Assembly (NCBI RefSeq): GCF_009914755.1
Contig: NC_060943.1
From: the human T2T-CHM13v2.0 reference genome, Homo sapiens
Direction: 5' to 3' (one strand)
DNA length: 64,000 nucleotides
A model generated the notes under the pieces. The model ran no database searches. It was not told the DNA's origin and saw only the letters and a program-made list of their open reading frames with translations. A program made the position numbers and the translations under genes. This document shows positions 44,329-64,000 of this stretch, in pieces (position 1 is the first letter of the stretch; the number at the start of each line of letters is the position of its first letter).

Positions 44329-45874
44329 TAGTCAAAAAGTTAAGATGGATTATTTATGGGTGTTTGGATTTTGAGCAATTTGTAATTCACTAATTTTCTT
44401 TTCTGTTATCCAAAGTGTCTACAATGCTATTAATAATATCTATTTTTACCACTATATAAAAATTAATCTTCAAAAATTACAATAAGATATCACTTTACAC
44501 GTACTAGAATGGCCATTTTTAAAAGGCCCATAATAACAATTATAGGTGAGGATATGGAGAAGCTGGCCCCCTCCTACACTGCTGGTGGGAATGGAAATTG
44601 GCGCTTTGGAAAACAGTCTGGCAGTTCCTTGAAGGGTAAACATAGAGTTACCATATGACCCAGCAACTCCACTCCTAAGTATGCACCCAAGAGAAGGAAA
44701 TAATCTGTCCACATGGAAATTCATACCTGAATATTCACAGTATCATTTTTCATAACAGCCCCAAAGTGGAACTCACCCAAATGTCTATCGTCTGCTGAAT
44801 GGACAGAGAATACGTGGTGTCTCCATACGGTGGAATATTATTCAGCCATGAAAGCAAAGGAGGTGCTGTTATGTGATATAAAATGGATAGACCTTGAAAA
44901 CATTATGCAAAGTGAAAGGATCCATCACAAAGGACAATATATTGTTTGATGCCTGTCTTAGTCACTTTGGGCTTCTTTAACAAAAGTATCATAGACCATG
45001 TAGCTTAAACAACAGAATTTATTGTCATAGTTCTGGAGGCTGGGAAGTCCAAGATCAAGGCACTGGTACATTCAGTGCCTGGAGAGGACCTGCTTCCTTG
45101 TTCATAGACGGCTGACTTCTTGCTGCATTCTCCCACAGTAGAAAGCGGGAGCGAGGTCTCTGGGGTCTCTTTTCTAAGGGCGTTGAGACCATTCATGAGG
45201 ATTCCACCCTCATGACCTCATCACCTCCCGAAGGCCCCATCTCCTCCTATCATCATATTTGGAGTTAGGATTTCAACACGTGAACCTGAGGGTGGACACA
45301 TACATTCAGTCCATAACAACTCCTATTAAATCAAACGTCAGAATGAGTAAACCTATGGAGACAGAAGGTGGATGCGTGGGTGCCTGTGGCTGGGTGTGCG
45401 TGCCTGTGGGGAACGGGGAGTGCCGCTTAATGAGTTTCTTTTTGAGGTGATGACGCTGTCCTAAAACTGAGTGTGGTGGTGGTTGTACAACTTCATAACT
45501 ATACTATATATACAACATTGAATTGTATAGTTTAAGTGGGTGAATTGTGTGGTTTGTGAACTATATATCCATAAAGCCATTATTTTAAAAATCTAATCTT
45601 TAAAAAATGTCATAGCAGAGCCGGTGAAGGTAATGGATTAGACAACGGTCCCTAAACCCAAGTATTTTAAAGAAATCAAGGTGACAATTTAGGCAAGAAA
45701 AATGATTAGAGTTGTACGAGAGAAGAATGGAAGGCAAGGAAAATAATCACCATTTCACTTCCAAAAGTCCTTTTCGGAAGATAGCCTTTTAATTAATTTT
45801 AACACAAAGTGTACAAAATATATTAGTTTACTAACTCTAGTTTTGTCTTATATTGACAAACTCTTTAATATCTA

Positions 45875-46294
<420 letters not shown>

Positions 46295-47099
46295 CTACAA
46301 TGCTCTATCTCCTAATGTCATCTCCAGATTAATTTTTTAAATCACCCAGGGCAGCAATCTGCAATGTCCTCTGGATCTGTGTAAACTCTTGTGTGGCAAA
46401 TGACTGAAAGTTCAACTTCAATGCAGTAAAAATATAAAGAGAGTGTCCTGGCTCCGTTGAATGCAAGGACAGAAGGTAGGACTGACCCTAGGGAGGCTGA
46501 TCCATGAGCTCCAAAAACACCACAGGGAAGGAACGTTTCTCCAGGTGTCCACCTTGCCTTCCATGGTGTTGGCTCCACACAATATTCACATGAAGCTTCA
46601 CATCTCACAAGAGACAAAAGGGAGAAGAGCAAGGGCAGCCTCTGATCCCTCCCAATGAGGAGAAGTCTCCTCGGGATGTCACAATGTCTCGCAAGCCCAT
46701 TTCCCAGCCAGCTTATGTTTCCAGGAAGTCAGGGAACAGATTAAATTTTCAAAATCATGCCTAGAGGAGGGTCAAGATGCCTGACTGGACACAGCCCAGA
46801 AGCACCACTCCCACCAAGAGAAACCAAGATATTGGATAAACCAACAGACTTAGAGAAGATCTTCGTAGGAAAAACACCAAGAGTTGATACAGAGGCATGC
46901 AGACAACAGGGCTGAAGAGCTAGGAACCTGGGAATGTGGTGTGGGGTAGCTGAACGCTAGGGCCAGTTCCCAGCACTGAAAGGCTCCTAGGGGAGGGGTT
47001 AGTGAAGGGACAGAGGGATGACAGGCTGTCACCACAGACCGCTGATGTCCCAGCTATGGGAGACTGCCCACCTCCCATAGACATTTTTTTTTCTTTTGA

Positions 47100-47204
<105 letters not shown>

Positions 47205-47392
47205 TGAGTAGCTGGGATTACAGGTGCCCACCGCCACGCTCAGCTAATTTTTGTATTTTTAGTAGAGATGGGGGTTTCACCATGTTGGCCAGGCTGGTCT
47301 TGAACTCCTGTCCTCATGACCCACTCGCCTCAACCTCCAAAAGTGCTGGGGTTACAGGCATGAGCCACCGCGCCCGGCCTCCGTAGACATTT

Positions 47393-48065
<673 letters not shown>

Positions 48066-48435
48066 TCAAAAAAGAAAGAAAGAAAGAAAGAAAAACATGT
48101 TAAATGACAACACAAGGATCTAATTGGCAAAACTGAAACCAAAGAAAATTTTACAGAAAAAATGACCTACTTTCTACAACAATAGCAATGTTTGAATGGG
48201 GGGATGGAATTAAATAAGTGGCAACTTAGATTAACAAAGAATTAACACACACACACAAAAACCTATTATAGTGGATGATTTGTATCTCTATGCAAAGCAA
48301 TAAAGTAAAAATAAGAACCAGGGAAATGACAACATTAACGGGATATTTTATGATGTCCTGAATGATGATTACTTTTCATTGTAAGGGAGTATTCATGTAA
48401 GACAGTAAAGCATTTTTTAACTCTTCATCTTTTAA

Positions 48436-48648
<213 letters not shown>

Positions 48649-48833
48649 TAGAGACAGGGTTTTGCCATTTTGCCCAGGGTGGTCTCGAACTCCTGAGCTC
48701 AGGCAATCCACCCACTTCGGCCTCTCAAAGCATGAACCACTGTACCTGGCCATCGTAGTGATATTTTTACAGGTGAAATAATATAATGTTCCCAATTTTC
48801 TTTAAAAAGATCCACCTAGCAGTGAAGGCATAG

Positions 48834-49174
<341 letters not shown>

Positions 49175-49427
49175 TGAGCCACCGCCCCTGGCCAAGAAGC
49201 AGGTTTTTGAAGGGAGAGGATGAGAAAACAAGGGAAGGGAAGCACTGCTGGAGATGAAGACCCAGAGAAAATAGAAGGGAATTGGACACCTACAACCACT
49301 AGAGGTCGCAAGAGGAATATCCTTTAGTGCCCTGAGCCCAGACCTGAACCAAGGTTTAACAGGGTTCTTCTCAAGTCCTTGGACTCCTTCGGTCATAATT
49401 TGGGAGCCTCCAAAAAGGAGAGCCTGA

Positions 49428-50156
<729 letters not shown>

Positions 50157-50550
50157 TAAAAGGAATGAAATACTGATACATGCTTCACCGTAGGTGAACT
50201 TGGAAAACATTGTGCAAAATTAAATACGTCAGACACAAAAAGGCAAAGGCCGAGTGATTCCACTTCTAGGAGATTCCTAGAACAGTCAAATTCCTGGACA
50301 CAGAAAGTAGAACAGAGCTTACCAGGGACTGAGAGAAAAAGGGAATGGGGTGTGATTATTTAACGGGTACGGAGTTTTAATTGGGAAAGATGACAAAGTT
50401 CTGGAGATGAATCGTGATGATGGTTACACAGCGATGTGGCTGTACTTAATGCCACTGAAGTGTACACTTTAAAATGGTTCACATGGAGGCCGGGCACGGT
50501 GGCTCATGTCTGTAATCCCAGCACTTTGGGAGGCCGAGGTGGGTGGATCA

Positions 50551-50787
<237 letters not shown>

Positions 50788-50896
50788 TCACATGGAAATG
50801 TTTGTGATGTATATTTTATCACCGTAAAAAAATGTAACTGGGGTAAGTATGATCAATATTTGGCAATTTAAGCTTTATGGTAGAATTTCATTACTA

Positions 50897-51242
<346 letters not shown>

Positions 51243-51449
51243 TTAATTGACCAGATAGGGACTCCCAGCCCTTCCTTCCTGGGGAGCTCCAGGAGCTGGC
51301 TGGGCTGGGCTTAATCTTTCCTCCCAAAGAACCAAAAGAAAAAGAGATGCACATCAAGGTTTGCTGGGGACCCTCAAAGGAAAAGAAACGATGTAACTCG
51401 AGTAGAGGATAAACGCTTTGTTCAGCTGATTTGCATCAGGGGCACCTGA

Positions 51450-52290
<841 letters not shown>

Positions 52291-52495
52291 CCCAGGAGTT
52301 CGAGACGAGTCTGGGCAGCATAGTGAGTTTTCATCTCTAAAAAAAAAAAAAATTAAAATTAGCCAGGCATGCCTTGTACGTGCCTGTGGTCCCAGCTACT
52401 TGGGAGACTGAAGTGGTAGGATCGCTTGAGGTTGCAGTGAGCCAAGATTGCGCCACTGCACTCCAGCCTGAAGGACAGAGCAAGAACTTGTCTCA

Positions 52496-52890
52496 GAAAA
52501 AAAAAAAAGAAAAAAAGAATAAGAAAAGGAAAAAAATAAAAAAGGAAGGAAGGGAGGGAGGGAGGGGCAGAGAGGGAGAGAGGAAGGGGGGAAGGAAGGA
52601 AAGAAAGAAAGAAAGAGAAAGGGAGGGAGAGAGAGAAAGGAAAGAAGGGAGGGAGGGAAGAAAGAGAAAGAAAAAAGAAAGAAGAAAGAAAGAAAGAGAA
52701 GAAAGAAGGGAGGGAGGAAGCGAGGGAGGGAGAAAAGGAGGAAGGGAGAGAGAGAAAGAAAAAGAAGAAAGAGAAAAAAGGAAGGAAGGAGGGAGGGAGA
52801 GGAAAAGAGAAAGAGAAGAAAGAAAGAGAAAAAAGGGAAAGAAAGAAAAGAGAAAAAAGAGAAAGAAAGAAAGAAAGAAAAGAAAAGAAG
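52496..52890 (+). repeat. ~400-bp almost pure purine (GA-rich) tract between the LTR7C/Alu and the ZNF114 CpG island
   Basis: Read directly. Confidence 0.95.
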
Positions 52891-53341
52891 GGCCGGGCGC
52901 GGTGGCTCACGCCTGTAATCTCAGCACTTTGGGAGGCCCAGGCGGGCGGATCACGAGGTCAGGAGATCGCTGAAACCCTGTCTTTACTAAAAATACAAAA
53001 ACTTAGCCAGGGTGGTGGCGGGCGCCTGTAGTCCCAGCTACTCGGAGGCTGAGGCGAGAGAATGGCATGAACCCGGGAGGCGGAGGTTGCAGTGAACCGA
53101 GATCGCGCCACTGCACTCTAGCCTGGGCGACAGAGCGAGACTCCGTCTCAAAAAAAAAAAAAAAGAAAGAAAGAAAAGAAAGGAAGGAAGGAAGAAAAAA
53201 ATCATTTCAAGGGTAGGCGACGGGAGCCTTGCGGTTTAGCCGCTAGTCAACGGATGGGGGGGAGTGGTAGCAAAAACATAAAAATGGGGACAAGAGAGAA
53301 ACTGGAGACTCCCCAACCTGTCTGTTTCCGCCCTTTTACAG

Positions 53342-53546
53342 TACTGAGGGGAAAAAAAAGCCTTCTTTCCTTGGGAAATGCAGGAAGCCAGCAAGCGGCC
53401 GGAGTCTCCGGAGCCCGCAAGGAGGCGCGTTGGCTGCGCAGAGAGCGCGCTTCCCAGCTGGAGAGCCTAGGAACGGTGGCGCGGGCGGAGGCGACAGCGA
53501 GGACCCAAGGCTGGGGTTTCCTACTTGGATCAGGAGTGCCTGGGGA
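53342..53546 (+). other. ZNF114: Candidate ZNF114 5'UTR exon
   Basis: CCCTTTTACAG acceptor ending at 53341; GA|GTAAGT donor at 53547. Confidence 0.6.
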
Positions 53547-53823
53547 GTAAGTTCTACAGGAAATGTCAATCTACTGGTCGTGGGGGTCAGACTCTGGGGT
53601 CGGGTCGATCGGGTCCCGGGGGCGGGGGGTGGGACGGGGGTGGGCAGGCAGGAGTGCGGGCGCTGGGATCCCCCGCCTGCTCGGCTCCCCTCTCCTCCCC
53701 CTGGTCCCTTACACCGTCCATTTTGAGGAAGGGGTCAAGAAGCGAGTACAAAATGTCTGGGCAGGACGAATCTCTGTAGTCGGTCCTTCCTGGCGGCCTC
53801 GTTAGGTTGATTTATTTCAACAG

Positions 53824-53925
53824 TTTGATCCCCATCCTGGTGCAGCTCCGAGACGCTCCTGGGCTGCGCGCGCTTTTGGGCTGCGCCACCGACAGAGACA
53901 TCTGGAAGCCGGAGCTAGTGGAAGA
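53824..53925 (+). other. ZNF114: Candidate ZNF114 5'UTR exon
   Basis: TTTATTTCAACAG acceptor ending at 53823; GA|GTAAGT donor at 53926. Confidence 0.65.
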
Positions 53926-54062
53926 GTAAGTGTGCCTGAGTGTCCGTACTAAGGGCGGGACCGGGCCGGGGCCCAGGGACTTGAGAGTTGCTGTCTGCAA
54001 AAGCCTCATTGTCTCTACCCTTCCGGGAGGAAAGGGGAAGGCACGAATGACCCACGTGTTCA

Positions 54063-55106
<1,044 letters not shown>

Positions 55107-55803
55107 TAGCCAGGATGGTCTCGAGCTCCTGACCTCGTGATCTGCCCGCCTCGGCCTCCCAAAGGGCTGGGATTACAGGCGTGAGCCACAGCGCCTGGCC
55201 AGATAAAGAGCTTTGAGGGTTTGAGTTCCGTGTGCTGAACATGGTCTTTTATGGGAACTGAGACCTCAGCAGAGGAAATATATAAAAAGGACAAGCTGCA
55301 AGGAGAGTGGTGTGAAGGTGTCAGGATCAAACCCCACGGTCGGAACAAGATGCATTTTTATCACTAATCCGCTCCGGTGAGGTCTGATTTACTGGAACTC
55401 AGGGCAAAGGTGGGAATGTGTTTCATCAGCCAGGTATATCTTCGTCATGGACAATCAGGCAAAAGCCAACCTCAGCCTGCTCACCTGAGCTGACTCACAA
55501 TGATGCGTTGTTTTTCTTTTTCTTTTCTTTTCTGTTTTTTTTTTTTTTTTTAAACTACTGTCCTGAGCTGATGTGTCTGAGGTTACTAGGGTCAGAACCG
55601 GCGCTCCAATTGTATTGGGGAAAGGACGGAATTCAGGGAAACTTAAGTTGAAATAGGCGGTTTTATCTTCTTAGGTAGGCTTACAGCTGAGATGCGTGTA
55701 ATGGGGTTATCATCAGGTGTGGCTGTTTCCTTGGGAACTATAAGGTCAAGATAGACGTGGAATGTTGTGTCTCAAAAACTCTTATTTACAGCTCAGCCCC
55801 TGA

Positions 55804-56070
<267 letters not shown>

Positions 56071-56618
56071 TAGCCGGGATGATCTTGATCTCTTGACCTC
56101 GTGATCCGCCCACCTCGGCCTCCCAAGGTGCTGGGATTACAGGCGTGAGCCACCGTGCCTGGCCAATATATATGTATATATATTTTTATACATGTATATA
56201 TATAAATGCATACACACACACATATATATAAATATATACACACATATATTTATGTGTGAGTGTCTATATATAAATTCAGCTTTTTCTCATATGATTAATT
56301 TAATTTTTAAATTATTAATGGTTTAGAAAAGTTTTGAGTCCGCAATTCATTGCTGACAGTGTCATGTAAACGTTTAGATTTGTCCTCAAATTGAGGGAAC
56401 TTGCCATCAAGTTTCTTCCAAATATCATGTAAGTTGTAGATTTTATGGCATTCTAACATTTTATGAACAAATGACTCATCTTATACTATTTAAGTTGACC
56501 ACAGTCATTAAACGGTCATCAGATGTCACATTTGGAGCAGGAAGAGTTTTGGGGGTTTGTTTTTGTTTTGTTTTAATAGAAAAAAACTTTTATATATATA
56601 TATATTTTTTTTTTTTGA

Positions 56619-56777
<159 letters not shown>

Positions 56778-57509
56778 TAGTAGTGATGGGGTTTCTCCAT
56801 GTTGGTCAGGCTGACCTCGAACTCCCAACCTCAGGTGATCTGCCCGCCTCGGCCTCCCAAAGTGCTGGGATTACAGGCGTGAGCCACCACGCCTGGCCTA
56901 GAGTTATGTTTCTTTAGGCAGGATGCAAACACATTGTGTGCGTTTCTCTTCCAGGGCTCACACCCTCGAACTTGCCTCCCTTTGTTCATGACATTTACTA
57001 GTTGGAGTCCCTGGGTAGTCAGAATGGCAGAACATCCACGCCTGTGCATTTGTGTGGTTGTTCCTTGTGTCGTTGAAAGTTAGACCTGGCCAGGCACGGT
57101 GACTCACGCCTGTGATCCCAGCACTTTGGGAGGCTGAGGTGGGAGGACTGCTTGACCCCAGGAGGTCAAGGCTACAGTGAGCTCTGATCACACCACTGCA
57201 CTCCAGCCAGGGCAGCAGAGTGAGACCCTGTCTCAAAAAAGAAAGAAAGAGAGAAAGAGAGAGAGGAAGAGAGAAAGAGAGAGAGAAAAAGAGAGAGGAA
57301 GAGAGAAAGAGAGAGGGAAGGAAGGAAGGGAGGGAGGGAGGGAGGGAAAAAGAGAGAGGAAGGGAGGGAGGGAGGGAGACAGAAACATCCTAGGTTGGTC
57401 AGGCTTCGTGGCTTTAATCCCAGCACTTTGGGAGGCTGAGGCAGGATGATCGCCTGAGGTCAGGAGTTCAAGACCAGCCTGGCCAACATGATGAAGTCCT
57501 GTCTCTACT

Positions 57510-57569
<60 letters not shown>

Positions 57570-57838
57570 AGCCAGGCGTGGTGGTGGTCGCCTGTACTCC
57601 CAGCTACTTGGGAGGCTAAGACAGGAGAATCTCTTGAACCCAGAAAGCAGAGGTTGCAGTGAGCCAAGCTAGTGCCACTGCACTCCAGCCTGGGTGATAG
57701 AGCGAGACCTTGTCTTGAAACATATATAATAACAAAGAAAAATTTAAACAAAATAAAAATGAAAGATACATCGTAGGTGGTGTGTTCATCACATCAGTGT
57801 AACTATAATGGCTGTTTGTTGCCGGGCGCGGTGGCTCA

Positions 57839-58129
<291 letters not shown>

Positions 58130-58202
58130 TCAAGCTAACCTTGGTGGGGTAGTTTCTGGAGGTGAGAGAGCCTCTTACCTCTTTTTTTTTTTTTTTTTTT
58201 GA

Positions 58203-58361
<159 letters not shown>

Positions 58362-59147
58362 TAGTAGAGACGGGGTTTCTCCATGTTGGTCAGGCTGGTC
58401 TCAAACTCCCTACCTCAGGTGATCTGCCTGCCTCAGCCTCCCAGAATACTGGGATTACAGCCTTGGGTCACTGCACCTGCAGAGCCTTACCTCTGAAAGT
58501 TGCATTCCTTTACGCCCAGCAAGTCCTGAGTGATGCCTCCGTACCCTGCTAATGACTGCCTCCCCTTTCTGTGTCCACCGACATGTCTTATTTCCTGAAT
58601 CAGTTGTTTTATTAAGGCTGCAAAATGATGATTTTTTTTTGTTGAGATAGGGCCTCATTCTGTCACCCAAGTTGGAGTGCAGTAGTGCAATCATAGTTCA
58701 CTGCAGCATCAACCTCCTGGGCTCAAATGATCTTCCCACCCCACAACCTCCTGAGTAGCTGAGACTAGAGGCGCACGCCAGCGTGCCCACCTAATTTTTA
58801 AATTTTTTGTAGAGATGGGGCCTCGCTATGTTGCCCAGGGTGGTATCAAAATCCTGGGCTCAAGTGATCCTCCTGCCTCAGCCTCCCAACATGCTGGGAT
58901 TATAGGTGTGAACCACCCAGCCCAGCCCAAAATGGTGATTTTTAAAAATATTCAATTGTCCCAACTAAACATGTAGCTGGGACTGGGCGTGGTGGCTCAC
59001 GCCTGTAATCCCAGCACTTTGAGAGGTCGAGGCAGGCGGATCACCTGAGGTCAGAAGTTGAGACAAGCCTGGCCAACATAGTGAAACCCCGTCTCTACTA
59101 AAAATACAAAAATTAGCTGGGCGTGGTGGCCCAAGCCTGTAATCTCA

Positions 59148-59279
<132 letters not shown>

Positions 59280-59300
59280 TTAATATATATATTTTTGTTA

Positions 59301-59570
<270 letters not shown>

Positions 59571-59898
59571 TTATTAACCAAGGCTTGTGTTTTTTTCCCC
59601 CTCTGGTTTTCTCTGTCTGGGTATCATTATGAGCGCAGGTATTTTTAGTGTTCAGTGTGTTTCCATCAATTGCAATGATTCACTTTGTAGTTCAAATCCG
59701 GCCGCTGGGAGACGTTTCCAGCCGCTGTGCATCCTCCTAACGCGGTCTAGGGCAGCTCCCCTGCCATCTGGCACCGCAAGGCTCACACTGGGAATTTCCT
59801 GTTCCCAGATCAGCCATGTTTCCGAGGGTGTTCATTGCCTCCTGCTTCTTAATTCTTCTAAGCATTTTCTATGAATAGACTGACCAGGGAGGCATTGG

Positions 59899-59899
<1 letters not shown>

Positions 59900-59968
<69 letters not shown>
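59900..59968 (+). repeat. (GT)n microsatellite; (CA)n also at ~34910-34945 and ~57513-57565
   Basis: Read directly. Confidence 0.95.
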
Positions 59969-59969
<1 letters not shown>

Positions 59970-60856
59970 CGTGACGATATGAAGCCTTTTCATCTTATAT
60001 TTGAAACTTTTTCCTCTTACACTAAAAATCTGACTTCCCAGTAACATGAACACTTTTCATCTTATATTTGAAATTTTTTTTTTTGAGACAGAGTCTCGCT
60101 CTGTTGCCCATGCTGGGGTGTGCAGTGGTGCGATCTCAGCTCACTGCAACCTCCACCTCCCAGATTCAAGTGATTCTCCTGCCTTCAGCCTCCCAAGTAG
60201 CTGGGATTACAGGTGTGCGCCACCACGCCCGGTTAATTTTTGTATTTTTAGTAGAGACAGGGTTTCGCCATGTTGGCCAGGATGGTCTCAAACTCCTGAC
60301 CTCAAGTGATCCACCTGCCTCGGCCTCCCAGAGTCTTGGGATTACAGGCTTGAGCCAACGCGCCCGGCCCAATTCACCTTCTTAAAGGGTGCAATTCAAT
60401 GGCTTTTAGTATATTCACAGACGTGTACGTCCCTCAAATTTAGAACATTTCCATCACCCCTGAAAGAAGCCCTGTATCCTTCAGTGGTCATCTCCCAGTC
60501 CCTCATCTCCCCCAGCCCTGGACAACCTCTGATCTGCTTTCTGTCTCTATAGATTCGCCTATTCTGGACATTTCATTTTCAATGGGGTCATACACTGTGG
60601 TCTTTTGTGTCTGGCTTCGTTCACTCAGCATCCTGTTTTCAGAGCTCACTGGGTTGTAGTGTGTGTCAGTGCCTCAGTCCGTTTTATGGCTGGGTAATAT
60701 TCCATGGTGCGGATAGACCACGTTTGCTTTCTTTGTTCATGCATTGATCAATATTGGGTTGTCTCTACTTTGGGCTGTAATGAATACCGCTATGGGCCAG
60801 GTGCGGTGCTCACACCCCTAATTCCAGCACTTTGGGAGGGCGAGGCGGGCGGATCA

Positions 60857-61093
<237 letters not shown>

Positions 61094-61553
61094 TTAGATT
61101 AGCGGCTGCCAGCAGCTGGGTGAAGGGGAGAATGGGAAGTGACTGCTAAGGGGGATGGGGTTTTATTTTGCGGTGATGAAAAGTATTTGGAACTAGGTAG
61201 AGGTGACGTTTGTACAACATTGCAAATGCACTAAATGCCACTGCATTGTTCACTTAAAATGGTTAACTTCATGATATGCAAATTTCACCTCGATTAAAAA
61301 AAAATGCTGCTTGAGGCCAGGAATTTGAGACCAGCCTAGGCAACATAGTGAGACCCCATCTCTATGAAAATAAATATGAAAAATTAGGAGGCATGGGGGC
61401 CCATGCCTGTACCTTCAGCTACTCAGGAGGCTGAGGCAGGAGGATCACTTGAGCCCAGAAGTTTGAGGCTGTAGTGAGCCATGATTGCACTACTGCACTC
61501 CAGCCTGGGCAACAGGACAAGTCTCTGTCTCTAAAAAATTAAATTAAAATATA

Positions 61554-61762
61554 GGTGTGTGTGTGGGTGTCTGTGTGGGGGGCGGGGGTGGGGGGATGGG
61601 GGTGTGTGGGTGTGTGTGTGAGTGTGTGTGTGGGTGGGGGGATGGGGTGTGTGGGTGGGTGGGCGTAAGGGGGTTGGAGTGAGGGGATGGGGGTGTGTGG
61701 GTGTGTGGGTGGGTGGGTGTAGAGGGGGTGGGGGTTGTGGGCTGTGGTGGGGAAGTGTGTGC
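61554..61762 (+). repeat. G/T-rich low-complexity tract with many G3-G6 runs
   Basis: Read directly. Confidence 0.9.
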
Positions 61763-61933
61763 ACACGTGCATTTATATGCTGAGATTAATGTCAGGCAGG
61801 ATCCACATACGAGTGTGGGGAAGGCAGGGTGCCTGGATTCTCATAGCTCCATTCTTCTCCCAAGCTCTGCCTCACCTGCCTCCTTGAAGGAAACACGGGG
61901 AAGCCAGGACTGGCCGTCACGTTGGTGACAAAT

Positions 61934-61942
61934 ATGTCCCAG
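61934..61942 (+). CDS. ZNF114: ZNF114 first coding segment MSQ (exon 61865-61942); KRAB and zinc-finger exons lie beyond the right edge
   Basis: Pyrimidine acceptor ...CCCAAG ending at 61864; ATGTCCCAG|GTAAGT; short phase-0 pre-KRAB exon typical of KRAB-ZNF genes; matches the recalled ZNF114 N-terminus MSQDSVTF. Confidence 0.8.
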
Positions 61943-62253
61943 GTAAGTTGGCAGCTCACCCTCTCCCAGAAGCGTGTTGTCGTTCCCACGAGTCAATGTG
62001 CCTCTGCCTGTGGCTGGGAGTCAGGTAAAGCACATGGAGCCAGGCAGGGCCCCCCGCCAGCCGTGCTGCCCTAGGTCTCTGCACCTCTGCTTGGAGAGAG
62101 ATGCTGCCCTGGGGATTCTTCTGGGACCACCCCCACCCCAGTACTGACTGGTCCTTTCCACACCTCATCCTGGCTGCCCGTGGGCTTCACGTTCTGCTGC
62201 AAAGCACACTAAGAAAGGAGCTGAAAGTGTCTTTGGTGGGGTGCAGTGGCTCA

Positions 62254-62514
<261 letters not shown>

Positions 62515-62705
62515 CTAAAAATAATAATAAAGTAAAATAAAAAGAAAGTGTTTTTGTCTTAAGGAACTCAGGGTCTCACAGGGGACACTAGGCGTTTATG
62601 GAGCGGGCAGTGGCAGCATCTCCCGCAACTGTCATGACCTGCAGATGACAAGCAGTGGACTGAGACGTGCCCCACTCCAAATTTTTTTTTTTTTTTTTTT
62701 TTTGA

Positions 62706-62999
<294 letters not shown>

Positions 63000-63045
63000 T
63001 AGCCACCCCTCTGTGATAGTTTGTTATAACAGCCTGAACAGGCTA

Positions 63046-63348
<303 letters not shown>

Positions 63349-63521
63349 TTAGGCTGTTCAGGCTGATGAAACTATCACAGATGGGGTGGCTTAAACAACA
63401 GACATTGATTTTCTCACAGTTCTGCAGGCTGGAAGTCCGAGATCAAAATAGCGGCAGAGTTGCTTCCTTCTGGAGGCTCCAAAAAAGAATTTGTTCCATG
63501 CTCTTACCTAGCTGCTGGTAG

Positions 63522-63875
<354 letters not shown>

Positions 63876-64000
63876 TGAACTCCTGGCCTCAAGCGATCGT
63901 CCCACCTCAACCTCCCAAAGTGCTGGGATTACAGGCATACGCCACTGCAGCTGGCCAGATTTCCTCTTCTTATAAGGACACCAGTCACTGGATTAGGGCC

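Noticed and set aside
52359-52973. 183-199-aa K/E/R-rich or F/S/L-rich ORFs (also 2898-3235 and 57172-57751)
   Set aside because: Stop-free purine/pyrimidine simple repeats

Overview
Human genomic DNA, Alu-dense, from the CARD8 / CARD8-AS1 / ZNF114 region of 19q13.33. I identified it by recognising the encoded proteins. Minus strand: nine CARD8 coding exons (945-23114) covering the disordered N-terminus and the FIIND, aa 1-435 of the 537-aa isoform; the CARD exons lie off the left edge. This haplotype carries the T allele at 16544 (rs2043211-type), giving C10X/C34X in one reading frame and F102I in the other. The main structural feature is a ~9-kb inverted duplication (left arm 23751-32667, right arm 36773-45750) around a 4.1-kb spacer that holds ERV sequence and a V1R pseudogene. 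The duplication copied the CARD8 promoter/5'UTR module into the opposite orientation. The two copies have diverged at splice sites and a poly(A) signal in a complementary way, identity between the arms is patchy, and the arms carry different insertions (25-nt U6 retrocopy, LTR13, AluSc) and Alu-associated deletions. Plus strand, right part: an LTR7C solo LTR nested in an Alu upstream of a CpG island, candidate 5'UTR exons, and the first coding exon (MSQ) of ZNF114. Nearly all ORFs in the supplied track are Alu or simple-repeat artefacts. Percent identities and repeat subfamilies are by-eye estimates, not computed.
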